From positions 4,404,001-4,468,000 of the forward strand of contig NC_045696.1 of NCBI RefSeq assembly GCF_009834535.1: a stretch of DNA of 64,000 nucleotides, written 5' to 3'. Source of the stretch: Camelus ferus. Its lineage: Eukaryota. Position 1 is the stretch's first letter. Every line of letters begins with the position of its first letter. The notes below the pieces were generated by a model, which ran no database searches, was not told the origin of the DNA, and was given only the letters and a program-made list of their open reading frames with translations. A program made the position numbers and the translations under genes. Positions 49,459 to 62,489 of this stretch are shown here, piece by piece.

Positions 49459-50640
49459 GTATATTCTTTTTCTATCGCTGCCGTAACAACTTACCTCTGA
49501 CTCAATGGCTTACAAAACAAATCTATTATCTCACGGTTCTGCAGATCAGAAGCCTGGTGTGGCATGGCTGGACTCTCTTCTTGGAGCTCCAAACAAGCAA
49601 AATCAAAGTGTTGGCCAGGCTGGGAGGCTCTGTGGAAGAGTCCTCTTCCAGTCTTGCTCAGGTGTTGGGGCAATTCAGCTCCATGCATCTGTAGGGCAGA
49701 AGTCTCCCTTTTCTTGCTGGCTGGTGCCCAGAAGTCAGTCACAGTTTCTAGAGGCCTCCACCTGCTTTAGCTCATGGCCTTCCCTCTTCAAAGCCAGCAA
49801 GGGCCTACGGAACACGGCTCATGTTTCTTATCTCTCCGGCCTCCTCTCTGCCCTCCTCTCCTCCTTTTTTAAGGGGTCATGCGAGTGCATTGTAGTCACC
49901 AGGATAACCCAGCATCACCTTTCTCTCTTAAGGTCACTTTATTTGTAGCCTTAATGACATCTGAAAAGTCCCTTTTGCCATGTTATGTAACATTTATGGT
50001 GGTAACACCAGGGGTCAAAGTCATGGGGACCAAAGTTCTGCCTACCGCAGTCTGTGCTCTGGTCCTCAGGATCCACTCCCATCCCTGAAGCTTCCCAAAG
50101 CCCTTAAAGTTCTCATCCCATCACAGCATCAACTCAAAGTCCAAAAATCTTGTCTAAATCAAGTGTAGTTGAGTCATCAGCTCCCAGGCACCATCCCTCC
50201 AAATCGACAGACCTGTGTCTCCGGCCCCCAAGATACAGCAGAGGAACAGGCATGGGTTAACAGCGACAGCTATTCCTGCTCAACGGCATGAGGTCACCAA
50301 TCCAAAACATCTCTGAAACCCAGGCAGGCAAACCCGACTAGCTCTCAAGGCTTGGGAGCAATCTCCCAGGGCCCTCGGCTCCGCCTCTGGGCTCTCAGTT
50401 TTATCCTGAGTCCTCTCTCCGTTCTCAGGCGAGGCAGCACCACTGGCAGCTGGACAGTTTTATTAACCCACCTCCTGCCAGTGGAATCTGGGGCTGGGGG
50501 AGCAGCAGGGCAGGTGGGGCTGTCCAGTAGCCTGCTTTTATTTCATCCTCCGTCCCTTTTGGTCCAAGCCATCAGGGCTCATATGAAATTCTCAAGACAT
50601 TCGGCTTGCTGGGAACGTCACAGGGGTGTGACATTGGACG
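49459..50640 (-). mobile_element. MLT1 (D/E/F-like) LTR (to 50049) plus adjacent MaLR internal sequence
   Basis: ctatcgctgccgtaacaacttacc...ttctgcctaccgca, then gtctgtgctctggtcctcaggatccactcc and ctcaaagtccaaaaatct. Confidence 0.8.
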
Positions 50641-51494
50641 AAGGGCCAGTTCACCCATCCCTCACCCTAAAATGCTATTTTCATCATAAAATTATTATCA
50701 TTGAATTTCTCACTTAGAATGTGTTCCTTTCTTTCCAAAGGTTTTACTCCATAAATCAAGCAGAGAAGGGAGAGCCCAGGTGTTCATTTGTCATAAGTAA
50801 ACTTGATCTCTGGAAATCCGATCTAAGGAAAATAATAGGAAGGGAAGTAATTTGATTCTCTTTACTCTTGTGGTTACAGAATTTGGATACCACAGCAGCC
50901 ACAAGCCCCTGCAGTTGGTTTGCTATTTGTTTTCCATGACTGTGGATCATTGCATTCTGTGAATAAGAATATTACAAAATATCACTCACAGTTCCACTTT
51001 GAGAACCACTGGTTGGATATAAATGATAAAATAGCACGTGAGGAAATTAGGTAGACAGGAGATAGATGCATTCGTGGTTCGTCCTTGAATGGATATTCTG
51101 AAATTTAAATTGAGTAACCACTGAATCATTCATTCAAACACAGAAGATCATAAATGGCAAACAGCAAATTGAGAGCCACCTAATGTCGAGAAAACACATT
51201 GCTATAATTAAGAATAAAGCGATAAAAAATTAACAGAGGAATTAGTAGGAAAGAAAAACATTTAACAGGACAACAGGAAAACATCACAGAAGCATCTTGG
51301 CTGGGTGAGTGCACAAGCGTCATTGTTATAAACAGTGTTTTAAAGAGACTTTAACTTCCTCTATTTAATCTTGAATCAGATTTCTTTGAGAGTGAGGAAG
51401 ATTAGGGAAGAAAGTAATTGGAAGATTAACAAAATAGAAGCAAATATAGGAAAATGCAAGAATGAGTGTTGGGATTTCAACAAACTAGTAACAC

Positions 51495-51573
51495 TGTGTA
51501 CATGTATGTGTACACATCTACACATGTATGTATGCACATACACACACACATGCACACACATATGTATACACAC
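51495..51573. repeat. Imperfect (CA/TG/TA)n
   Basis: Visible in sequence. Confidence 0.85.
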
Positions 51574-52199
51574 TGACATTCAACCTCCACATGTTTGATT
51601 CTGCTATTTTTCTAGTGCACTTCAACTGAAATCTGAACATGGCCACAAAATAATAGGAAAAATCCAACATTTATCAAGTTGGGTGTTTATCATTATATTT
51701 CAAGAACCAGATAGGGCTTTCAAATTGAAACCCTAGGACCATCCCAAAGATGATAATTCCTGAGATCTTGAGATTCACATTTAGAGGTTCCCAGCCTTGG
51801 TGACAGATGACCTTGGAAAGTACTGTGTCAGTTCGACTAGAGCATGAATATTTCTTATCGTCAGCATAAGAAAAGGTACTTTTCTGAATTACTTATTTAT
51901 TGGTTTATGTGGGGGAATTGCTGTTGACAAGGTGAAAAGAGATTCCACCACCCTTCCTCTCCCCAGCCTGCTAAGGAGATTTCTTTTTACCTCTGCTGGG
52001 GAGCCGGGGTGGGGGGATGGTCATCAGGAGTCCAGATGCTCTGTATCAGTTCACCTAGGACAGAAAAGGGGAATTCATTAGGGAAGAGGAATTGGGGAAA
52101 GAGGAAAGAGCCAGTGTGGGGAGGGTGAGGAGGAATCTGGGGGAGTTGGTGGAGACAAATCAGAGGTGCTGTACTGCCAAACATGTGAGAGATACCAGG

Positions 52200-52644
52200 T
52201 GTGGTGGGTTCATGGTGACCCCCCAAAATATGTCTGACAGGAACTGGTGGACGTGAACTTATTTAGAAAAAGCCTCTTGGGAGCTGTAATTAAGGGTACC
52301 AAATGAGAGCATCCTAGTTTAGTGTGGGCCCCAGATGAATGACAAGTGTCCTTTAAGAGAAGGAAAGGAGCAGACAGATGGGGAGAAGATGGCGACAGAG
52401 ATGATACGAAGAAGGGCAGACACCTGAGCGATTCGGCTGCAAATCGAAGCCCACAGGGCCCGGCAGCCACCAGAACTAGATGGCGAGGACGGCTCCTCCC
52501 TCACAACCTGCAGGAGGAACCAACTCTGAAGACACCTTGATCGCAGACTTCAGGCCCCCAGGGTCAGGAGGGGATGAATTTATCTTGCGGTAAAGCCACC
52601 CAGCTTATGATGAATTGTTAAAGTGGCCGCAGGACATTAACACA
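52200..52644 (+). mobile_element. MLT1C-like MaLR LTR
   Basis: tgtggtgggttcatggtgacccccc...gacaagtgtcctttaagaga...taaagccacccagc...ggacattaacaca. Confidence 0.85.
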
Positions 52645-52780
52645 TTGTGAAGTGTGGGGTTGGGGGAGGGGAGGGGGAGGGGGAAAGGAGGGATGGAGAA
52701 GAAACAAGGAACCGTAAAGAGGCTTCCCCTTTTAAAGGATTTTAGTAAATACATTTCCTTTCAATATTTTAAATTCACTT

Positions 52781-53525
52781 GTAGTTTGGTGCAGCCATTA
52801 TGGAAAACAGTATGGAGATTCCTCAAAAAAACTAAAAATAGACTTACTTTATGGTCCAGCAATCCCACTCCTGGGCATGTATCTGGAGGAAACCCTAATT
52901 TGAAAAGATTCATGTACCCCAGTGTTTAAAGCAGCACTATTTACAATATCCAAGACATGGAAACAACCTAAATGTCCAATGACAGATGATTAGATAAAGA
53001 AGATGTGGTATATATTTATATATATAATGGAATACTAATGAGCCATAAAAAAAGAATGAAATAATGCCATTTGCAGCAACATGGATGGACCTAGAGATCA
53101 TCATACTAAGTGAAGGAAGCCAGAAAGAGAAAGAAAAATGCCATGTGATATCACTCATATATGGAGTCTAAAAAAACCCAAAAAAACAAAAAAGACAGAA
53201 ATGAACTTATTTATAAACAGAAACACAATCACAGACAGAAAACAACTTATGGTTACCAGGGGAGAAAGGAGGTGAGGAGGTGTAAATTGGGAGTTCAGGA
53301 TTTGCAGATATAAACTACTGTATACAAAATAGATAAACAAAAAATTTTTACTGTATAGCACAGGAACCTATATTCAATATCTTGTAGCAACCTGTAATTA
53401 AAAGGAATATGAAAACAAATATATGCATGTATATGCATGACTGAAATATTGTGCTGTACACCAGAAATTGACACATTGTATACTGACAATACTACAATAA
53501 AATAAATAAATAAAAAACAAAAAAA
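52781..53525 (+). mobile_element. Lineage L1 3' end
   Basis: ORF2 end plus 3'UTR plus A-rich tail; near-identical to 25030-25760. Confidence 0.92.
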
Positions 53526-53893
53526 ATCATTTAATACAAATTTCTTAAGTTTCTACTCTATGCCTGGGACTGTTCCAGGCTCTTGGGCTCAATAGTTGAT
53601 AGGACTGTCACAAAATCCCTTGGTCTCATGGAACTTACATTTTATTTGAATGTCACCTTGTCCTAAAGTGAGGACCAAAATATGCAACTTTGTAGGAGTT
53701 ACGTTTTGGAGGCTCACCTGAGATTCTGACTTGAGGCATTTTCCTGCCCTGCCTTCTCCTGAGTTATCATCAACCTAGAACCAGCTTGTGGGTAATGTCC
53801 AAAGACTTCTTTAAAGATGGAAATTGCATTCCGATAATTATCTGGTAGCCAGCCTGGGGGTTTTGGACACTTTCACCACACAGAGATGGTCCT

Positions 53894-54230
53894 TCATGTA
53901 ACAGCGAGAGGGCCCAGGGTAATACGGGGCATATTCAGCCACTTTTGGGACTGACCTAAAGCAACTGACCCTCCAGGCAGGGTGATATTCAATAGCCCTT
54001 GTGTTGATTTGTGTGTATTCTCCCTACAGGCCAGAAAGTGTTCAAAGGAATCAAAAGACACTGCCCAGCCACCTGGAGAATGCAAATCATTGCCCTTGAG
54101 ACAACACAGTAAGATTCTGATGCCGAGTCATTTATCTGCACCCCTCAGAACTCACGGTCACGCTACATCTCCTAGTCTCCTTTCATCATCGAAACAAACT
54201 TTTTGTAAGAATCAAGCCTTCCCCGGAGGG
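53894..54230 (-). pseudogene. Possible relic segment
   Basis: EGLILTKSL; FDSFEHFLAC...SQKWLNMPRITLGPL. Confidence 0.4.
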
Positions 54231-54894
54231 ACGCCCAGGTTTGGTGGACTCTGATCCTCTTTTGGAAACTCTCTTCAGGGAATCTGGTTCACTCTAGAGC
54301 AGAGGGCACCTGCCAGCCCTAATGAGCTGTGACTTGTCTGGCAGCGAGGGGAGTCACATCTTAGAGTTCCAGCTACATCGCAGAACGATACACTCAAGGG
54401 AGAGGCGATGAAAGCGTCACCATGTGTTGGATGGGACTGGACTATGACCACAATTTATTGGGGAAGTCTTAGTTTATATTTCTTCTCCATGAAAGTATGC
54501 ATGGGAGAATACTGATTAAAATTTTATCTCAAGGATAAACAATTCTTTGTAGCTCCCAATTTTAATTTAGTTCATTTTCATTCATTAATTCATTCAGCAA
54601 ATATTTCTTGGATTCCTACTATGTGCCAAGCCTGACGGAACTGGTTGATTGAACATATTACTTCCCCTGCTTTGGGGGCTTAATCTGCAAGTCAGAACTC
54701 GTTGGCTCTCTTTTTCTGTTTCAGTGGATGACCTCATTTGGTTTTCTATTTATTGAGAAGTATATTGTTAAAATCTGAATGCACCTCTTCCACTTTTCTA
54801 AAGCAATAAACAACAATGATTATGCTCCTAAGAGGTCAAGGTGATTTAATATATTAAAATATTAACTTGCTTGCCAATTTCAATGCCAATCATT

Positions 54895-55687
54895 TTAAAA
54901 TCACTAATATAAAAAGGGTTAACTGTGACAAGAAAAATAGAAAACTCAGGTAGATTGTGCCCATCAATGACCTTGGAAACCTGTTATAAAATCTTTTAGA
55001 TTTTGAAGGGCTAAATCGTTGGAGGGAGACATGTACAAAAAAATCATGCAGTTATAACAATACGTGCAGCCAGCTCATTGGGGCCTGTTTGCAGTAACGA
55101 TCCGACCCAACATCTGTCCGCAGCATCTCAGTCGGCATTAACAATGGCGACATTGTGTGCTCCCGGGACGTGAGAGGGTGTGACGTGAAAATTATCCTCC
55201 ATTCAGCTCCTTCAGCCCCGATTCCAAATTGAACCCTTAGAGAAATATTTGCTGCAGACTGTGCTTTCAAAATAAAGCAAATGCACTTAAAAAAAAATTA
55301 AAATAAATTAGAGACCATGGCCTTACCAGAACCATGTGGATTAGGTGGAGTTAGCTGTAATTTGCAGACAAAACACGGTTAGTTTCAGGAGAGTCTCCAA
55401 CAGGAGTTTTAAAATTGTAAACAAAGCGCACCAACGCGATGGAATTGCACACCGGCTGCCCGGTGATACGGGGACAGTGAGGCCTCAGGACCAGCTCAGA
55501 ACAATAATAAACAGCTTATTAAGACCAAGGGAAATCAAAAGATTCAGAGTATACATACTGGTTTTAAAGAAGTTTAACGGCTTTTGACTGAAATTCCCTA
55601 ACACCGGAAGAAAAAGGTGAATTCGCATGAGGTCTAGTGAAAAACAAAATCAGGTGTTGGACGATACAGATTGAGAGGAATGCCTCT
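54895..55687 (-). pseudogene. Relic exons (55327-55687 and about 54895-55263)
   Basis: tttttgtttttacttcag|361 nt, 3 stops: HLFLPVLGNFSQKPLNFF...LGLNKLF...GSRCAIPSRW|gtaagg. Next segment: LRVQFG...EWRIIF...YCKQAPMSWLHVLL*LHDFFVHVSLQRF...SQLTL. Confidence 0.6.
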
Positions 55688-55751
55688 CTGAAGTAAAAAC
55701 AAAAACTAACAAAATTTCCTCCTGATAGTGAAGCAAAAAGGGGATCATTCT

Positions 55752-55865
55752 GCAGCGAGGGCGCAGCTCAGTGGCAGAGCGCGTGCTCAGCATGCATGAG
55801 GTCCTGGGTTCAATCCCCAGTCCCTCCATTAAACAAACAAACCCTAATTGCTTCCCTCCACCCCA
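55752..55865 (+). mobile_element. Full-length vic-1-type SINE
   Basis: tRNA-Ala-like head, tail aaacaaacaaaccctaattgcttccctcc; TSD aaaaaggggatcatt on both sides. Confidence 0.92.
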
Positions 55866-56199
55866 AAAAAGGGGGATCATTTTTGAATGGGGAAATTTTG
55901 AGATTAACCAGATGCACCAGCGTCACTGGGTGTCAGCCTCATCCCACGCAACCGCTGGCTGGCTCTGCATGGCCCGGCCGTTCCTGCAAGTTCAGGCTGA
56001 GAGCTTACTATTCTCCTGACAGCCACATACAATCTGTGCTCTTCAGCCAGGAGTCCGAAGGCTCCCCACACTAGCCTCACGTGGCCCAGGGTCTTTGATT
56101 CTTACAGCACCTGTGTCACTGGTGGGTGAATCCCTTCCTGTCTCTTTCCTTTCCTTCCTTTTCCTTCTTCTGTCTTTTCTCTCCACCCAACACCCACCA

Positions 56200-56530
56200 C
56201 AGTCATGAAGACCTGGAGCAGCCGCAAGGACCTTTCTTGAATGTCAGTCTGTCACGTGACTCTCCTGCTTCAACCCCTCCACGCCTCCAATCGCCCGCGA
56301 GAGACACACCGACTCCTAGTGCTGGTGACCAAGTCTGCCGGGGGCGGGACCCAGCTTATTTCTTCTTCTCACCAGGCAGGACCTATGTTGCCCTGAATAG
56401 GCTCATTCAAATACTACGCTACTGGTATTTCTGTCCCTTAAATGTGCTGCTTCTCTCCTCATCCTGCAAGGTCTTTGTCCAGCAGAAAAATTCTCCCTCC
56501 CTCTTCATGTAGCCAGTGCCTACTCATTCC
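56200..56530 (-). mobile_element. L2 fragment
   Basis: gtctgtcacgtgactctcctgcttcaacccctcca. Confidence 0.6.
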
Positions 56531-57155
56531 ATTTTAATGAGGCTCTAAGCAGAGAGTGAGTGAAAAGCAGAATATTGCAATTATCTTTCCGTAACTACCT
56601 CCTCCCCCCTCCCTCCAGTTCTCTTCAATTAAGACAAAACCCAGGTGGCCCCTCTATTAGCATCCCAGGACCACGTCGGACATGAATACAGAAGCAGCAG
56701 CCGGCCTGCCTCCATCACACACACTGAAAGGCAATTTCTCCGATGAGGGGAACATTTCAAATACTTGTCAGACCCCAAATGAAGGGGGTAGAATTGGCAG
56801 TTCAAATAACGCTTTGATTTTCAAGCCAAGAAGACATAATTTACATAAATAACAGAAAATGCCTGCTCCTTTGCATCAAAGCCCTGTGCCGTTCAGCATG
56901 GACCCGACCATCTGTGGAGGGTGGAAGCCACTGGCTAAAAGCACATCTCAGTGAAATCCACCAATTTATATTTTGGGAGAGACCAATACTGTCGGGGCTG
57001 AGAAGGGCACTGATCATCATCTGGTCCAACCACTTTGCTCTCTGCAGGCAAGAGCAGGTGGGGACAGAGAGAGATGACGCGCTCCAGGTGGTTGAGCTCA
57101 TTAAGGGACAGGGGACACAGTACTGGGTGTCTTTAGCCCTGTGCTGGTGTCTCCT

Positions 57156-57362
57156 TCACAGGCATCTGCTCCTTCTGATGACGCCCCTGATGACATTCCC
57201 AGCACAGCTCAGTGATGGAAAAGTCAAAGGAGATTTAAGTGCAGTCCTGACGAGCTGCTCGCCAGCTCTGAGATCCCGGGGCAGACGCTGGTCTAAGCAC
57301 AGGTTTCCCGCCTCTACCTTGGGGATAGCAATCCCTTTCCTGGCAGTCAGGGGTCTGTTCAT
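57156..57362 (-). pseudogene. Relic segment
   Basis: NLCLDQRLPRDL...LVRTALKSPLTFPSLSCAGNVIRGV. Confidence 0.5.
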
Positions 57363-57477
57363 TTAGTCATTATTCAGCCCATCCCTACATTTATTCATCA
57401 TCTTGCTGAGCGTTGGGTGCTGTGTTATATGCTGTAATCCTTGGCCAAGTAAGGGTGTGGTCTCAATATGAATCCCC

Positions 57478-58249
57478 AAGGGAACCCTCCTTCACTGTTG
57501 GTGGGAATGTAGTTTGGTGCCACCATTATGGAAAACAGTATGGAGTTTCCTTAAAACACTAAAAATAGACTAACCACATGATCTAGCAATTCCATTCCTG
57601 GGCATATACCCAGAGGGAACTCTAATTTGAGAAGATACATGCACCCCAATGTTCATAGCAGCACTATATACAATAGCCAAGACATGGAAACAACCTGTCT
57701 ATTAACAGATGACTGGATAAAGAAGTTGTGGTATATTTATACAATGGGATACTACTCAGCCAGAAAAAAGACTAAATAATGCCATTTGCAGCAACATGGA
57801 TCAACCTGAAGATTGTCATACTAAGTGAAGTTAGCCAGAAAGAGAAAGACAAATACCATATGATATCACTCATACATGGAATCTAAAAAAAAAAAAAAAA
57901 AGAAGAGGACACAAATGAACTTATTTACAAAACAGAAACAGAGTCACAGGCATAGAAAACAAACTTACAGTTACCAGTGGGGAAAGGGAGTGGGAAGAGA
58001 TAAATTGGGAGTTCAAGATTTGCAGATACTAACTACTATATATAAAATAGATAAACAGCAAGTTTCTTCTGTACAGCCCAGGGAACTATATTCAATATCT
58101 TGTAGTGACCTATAATGAAATGGAATGTGAAAAGGAATATATGCATGTACATGTAGGACTGAAACATTATGCTGTGCACAGGAAATTGGCACAACATTGT
58201 AAACTGACTATACTTCAACTAAAAAAAATTATAATAAATAATAATAAAA
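57478..58249 (+). mobile_element. Lineage L1 3' end
   Basis: aagggaaccctccttcactgttggtgggaatgtag...aaactgactatacttcaa plus A tail. Confidence 0.92.
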
Positions 58250-58455
58250 GCATCAAGTCCCCAGATAGTGCTTCTCTGGCTTTGCCCCTGTCCGCAAAAG
58301 GAAGCCTCAGATTCCTCTAGACCCACAAGGAAGTGTTGTGGGCAAGGGCTGCTGTCACAGACGCTCTTGGTAGGGAGAGGCCAGCCTAGGCCTTTGACAT
58401 CAGGCCTCGTCTTCACGGCTCTCCAGGTGCCTCCAGCCCACACTGCTGCGATGCT

Positions 58456-58820
58456 GGGGGTCTGGTCTGCTCAGGCTGTCGTGACCGAACACCACAGGCT
58501 GGGCCTTAGATAGCAGACCTGTTTTATCAGCGTGCTGGAGGCTAGAAGTTCAAGTTCAAGACGCTGGCTCATTAGGTTTCTAGTGTGGCCTCTCTTCCTG
58601 GTTTGCTGGTGGCCACCGTCTCACTGTCCTCCCCTGGCCTCCCCTCTGCTCCTGTGAGTGCCCTGGTGTCTCTTCATACACAGACACCCATCCTGTCAAA
58701 TCAAGGCTCAGCCCATGACCTCATTTAACCTTAATTACTTCCTGTGAGGCCCGTCTCCCAGTGCAGTCATGCTGGGGGCTAAGACTTCAGCGTATGTATC
58801 CGGGGGGCACAGTCTGTAAA
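58456..58820 (-). mobile_element. MLT1A-like MaLR LTR
   Basis: ctcaggctgtcgtgaccgaacaccacaggctgg...atgacctcatttaaccttaattac. Confidence 0.85.
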
Positions 58821-59036
58821 CTGGGGGGCAGGAGCGGTTACTCTGATGCAGTGAATGGGCCTTGCTGACCCAAAAGTTTGTCCTGTGACGCACATCCTGC
58901 CCTTTTGGCATTCCCAGAAAAACAAACAGCTCTTTGGGGATTGACTCTTTGTCTGTTCAGACGAGCAGGAACGCAGCCTTCAAAGGACTGACTTGTATTT
59001 TCTGGAATGAACGCTCTTGTCCTTCCGTGAACTGAA

Positions 59037-59340
59037 TCAACGCGGTCGGGGCTGGGGCGGCTCTGCTGTTATCTCCTCACATCCTTCGCTTCCTCTGAGC
59101 TGAAGGAACCTCCAGGTTTGGCTCCGGGTTTGGCCGGGCCCAGCACACCCTGAAGAAAGGCTGTGTTCCCCAGTCTCCCCTGCAGAGCGAACGTGCCATC
59201 TCCTGCCACAGATCCTGGCCCAAAGGCCACCTACAGAATACCTGTGGCAAAGCAGAAGTGGGTGAGGAGAGGAGGGCTGAGATGCGAAGGGAAAAGGTAA
59301 CGGACACAGATGGTGATAAAAAATACTTATAAAATTAAAT
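59037..59340 (-). pseudogene. Relic segment covering most of a repeat unit
   Basis: Open frame ISIFYHHLCPLPFPFASQPSSPHPLLLCHRYSVGGL...SSGCAGPGQTRSQTW. Confidence 0.6.
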
Positions 59341-59344
59341 GAAC

Positions 59345-60165
59345 AATAAGCTAGAAAATAAACATTTTTCAATGTCCAAAAGTGTAGATTTAAAACTAGA
59401 TAGTGATGGTTAAAGTTTTAAAAGTATCTTCTTCTTATTAAGGGATAGAGCTACTGAGATAGAAAAAGCTTCTAGTCTATCAGAATTACAAACAAGTCTG
59501 TGCATTAACAATTTAAGAATAATAACCAAAGAACAGAAAATAATTTATAACTTCCCAACCAGTGGAATTAAGTGCTGGTGAAGAAAACTTAATAAAGAAA
59601 TCAATTCAACAAAAGGCGGGAAAGGAGAAAAATACAAAGCAAAGGGGAAAAAAAATCATGATGCCAGCAAATAAGAAGACAGTAATAAATCAAAATATGT
59701 CACAGTAAGAACAGGCAACAATCACAAACCTGTGCACGTCTGAAAAACATCTGGCTTCATTTTTATGAAAAGGAGAAACTATAAAATTAATTCACTCAAT
59801 CATCCATCTCAGAAAATTATAAGGGGAAGTTGAAATACGCCTAATCTCAGGAAATTTAACACAACTCTATCAGACATTGATGGAGCAAACAGAGACAATT
59901 ATAATATTGCTGAGCATATGAAAAATAGCAGCGACACGAATGACTGATACATATGTGTCTGCAAATACATATGTGTACACACACACACACACACATAATC
60001 CCTGCACTTAAAAAATGGAGAATAGATACTCTTTTCAAGTTCATATTGAACATCGATAAAAATGGTGATGTATTAAGCCACAAAGAAATGTCTTCAACAA
60101 ATACAAAACAATTAATAGCATTTGGGTTACAATGGAATTAAATTAAATTAGAAATTAAAAAGAAA
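59345..60165 (+). mobile_element. Very old L1 fragment
   Basis: ggaaatttaacacaactctatcagacattgat; aatagatactcttttcaagttcata. Confidence 0.6.
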
Positions 60166-60170
60166 CTTAC

Positions 60171-61040
60171 TGTGTGGAATATTGCCTTGATGCAACGGTA
60201 GTCCTCAAGGACACTACCAGGTAGGTGTCCCAGAGATGGGGCAACAGAAGGAAGCACAGACCATATTAAGGTGCACAAACCCCACAGGTCACTAAATCGA
60301 CCTAAATCACACGGAGGAAGCAGGGAGAGAAAGGTCAGTGAACACACAAGGTACAAGCGGTGAACCCCCAACCCTGAGGCTCCACGGTGCTCCTGTGTCC
60401 CGACTCTCTTCCTGCCACATCAGCCTTCCCTGAGGGTGTGATCTGAGGGCTGGGGTTGAGATTGGAGCAAGGGGCCCCCCAGACGGAAGGTTCCCTGGGT
60501 CACGGGCAGGTGCATACTGGCTCCACCGGAGAGAACCAGGGACACGTAAGGCTGGCTCAGCTGTAACTCACCAGTAGCTGTTGAGAAGCCGAAGTTTTCT
60601 CCGCATTTCTTGGGCAGAGCACTGGGCCATGGAGAGGCCGTAATGGGTGTCACTGATGTCTGGCTGAGTCTGGAGGAGACATGATCATCCATCCAGAAGT
60701 GACATGGTTATGACCTGTTCTCCGCCCCTTTTACTGCTGGAAGCTAGAATTGTCTTTACTACATCATATTTCAAGAATTTATTCTATCTAACCTCATATA
60801 TTACAGGTTGCTAACTCACTTTTTATATTTAACACATCTTGTCAATGCTGCTTGTGTTTCACAAGCTGCTTAATTACTCATTATCCATACTCAATCTACC
60901 CTGCGATTTCACTGTATCGCATAAAATAACAGCTTACTTAAGATCTTAACTATTCTCATAAGTTTCATGAGAAATTCTGCAGGATCTCTGGGTGACCTGA
61001 ATTGTCTCCTTCTTAAAAGTGCTCAGAGGTTTTGCATATG
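60171..61040 (-). pseudogene. Relic segments
   Basis: RDPAEFLMKL; ENFGFSTATGELQLSQPYVS (from 60599); LGRFSDLWGLCTLIWSVLPSVAPSLGHLPGSVLEDYRCIKAIF, then gtaagt. Confidence 0.65.
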
Positions 61041-61557
61041 TCGTGGGACAGAATTACTGCTCAAATAAACACACACACACACAGACTTGGTATACTAAAT
61101 GGCAGAGGAAAGTGACGCCGGGCAGTTTAGATAGTTCGTCTGCATCATTAAACACCATCATTTTTATTCCTGAGTAATTGATAACCATCTGATTATGGCA
61201 GAGACTACGGCCAGCTCCGTTCTGTTAAGAGCTAAGTATACACTTCAAATAAATCCCACTGGCAGCTGTGATTGGCATATAAAACTAAACTATAATATTT
61301 AAAAATCCTATTTTTACCCTATTATTATCAATATTTATATCATATTAGTTTTATCGTTTTCATTTCATCCTATTGATTAAACATCACAGCTAACCGGGGC
61401 TTTGGTCTTGCTCTGACTTTAAATGAGTTACTCTGTCTCCGAAGCTCTCTGGTTCTCTCTTCGCTCACACCTGTTATCAGCATCACCAGAAAATTAGAGT
61501 CTTACTATCAAACTCAGGGCGATTATGTCAGCCCTGAAATGCTCAGCCTTTTCTCTC

Positions 61558-61746
61558 CTACCCTCTTTTCCTCCTTAGAAGGCTGGTGGGCTCTTTGACA
61601 CGTGGTAACAAGATTAGCGAGGCTCGGCGCCCCATTCTGCCAAAGCCTAAGCGTCTGCCTAGCCCTGAAGTGCAAGCAGAAGAAACCCCACCTGGGACGA
61701 CTCTGCAGGATTCCTCCCCTGCAGGAAGGAGAGGGGGCTCCCCCAC
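61558..61746 (-). pseudogene. Relic segment
   Basis: SSACTSGLGRRLGFGRMGRRASLILL. Confidence 0.55.
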
Positions 61747-62489
61747 CTGTCAGTCCAGGTGAAGGGGTCCCTCCTTCACCAGTGCGATGTTCACTGGAGA
61801 AGGGGTAAGAACTTTTTAAATGTGAAACTATAACCTCAAAGTGCTCTTTCTGTTTTGTCCTTTGACTTAAGCTAGAAAATCAGTGAGTGCCTTTTTCGTT
61901 TGGAAGACAGAGGTGAAGCAAGGGGTAGGGAATTGGTCAAAAAAACCAAACAAACCTATTACTACTTCCAACTTCGGGACATAGTTCTTGACTGGTTAGA
62001 AGAAACGAAATCTGTCTAAATCATGAATTGGAAAGAGATTGCATTTTCATAGACCTTGTCCCGCAAAGCGTATGTTCATCTTTTTATATGTGGAGCATCT
62101 GGGATTTTCAATAATTAAAAGAAAGCTCAGAGCCAGACAGTTCCTTGAGGACCCCAGAGAGATTTAGGCTCCAGGTTCTGTGGCACTCAGTAACACTTCC
62201 AATTCACTGGTTTAAACTGGACGTTTTAGAATTATTTTCTGGTGAAGACTGGTAACTTCAGTGCAACAGGATTAAATAAATAGACTAGATGGAAGAGGGT
62301 GTGGCTGGTCTCAGGTACTCCCACCCGGGGGAACGGATTTCTCCAGGTTATTTACTTGAGCAGCCAGTGGTCAGGGCAGGGCGAGCATCCAGCCCACCCT
62401 TGCTCTGGTCTCTGTCAGCCCCTCCACTGCTGCCCCATTTCCCCTTCCTGCCCACGTCTTTCTGGGTGAGACCCAGGTGGGCCCCAGCC

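Noticed and set aside
55752..55828. Functional tRNA-Ala genes (also 785-861 and 45003-45075)
   Set aside because: Stem and anticodon-loop substitutions, SINE tails and TSDs (where present), and no T-run terminator; these are SINE copies.
61271..61284. ATTGG plus TATAAAA promoter
   Set aside because: The elements are only 2 bp apart, in AT-rich context, with no downstream gene.
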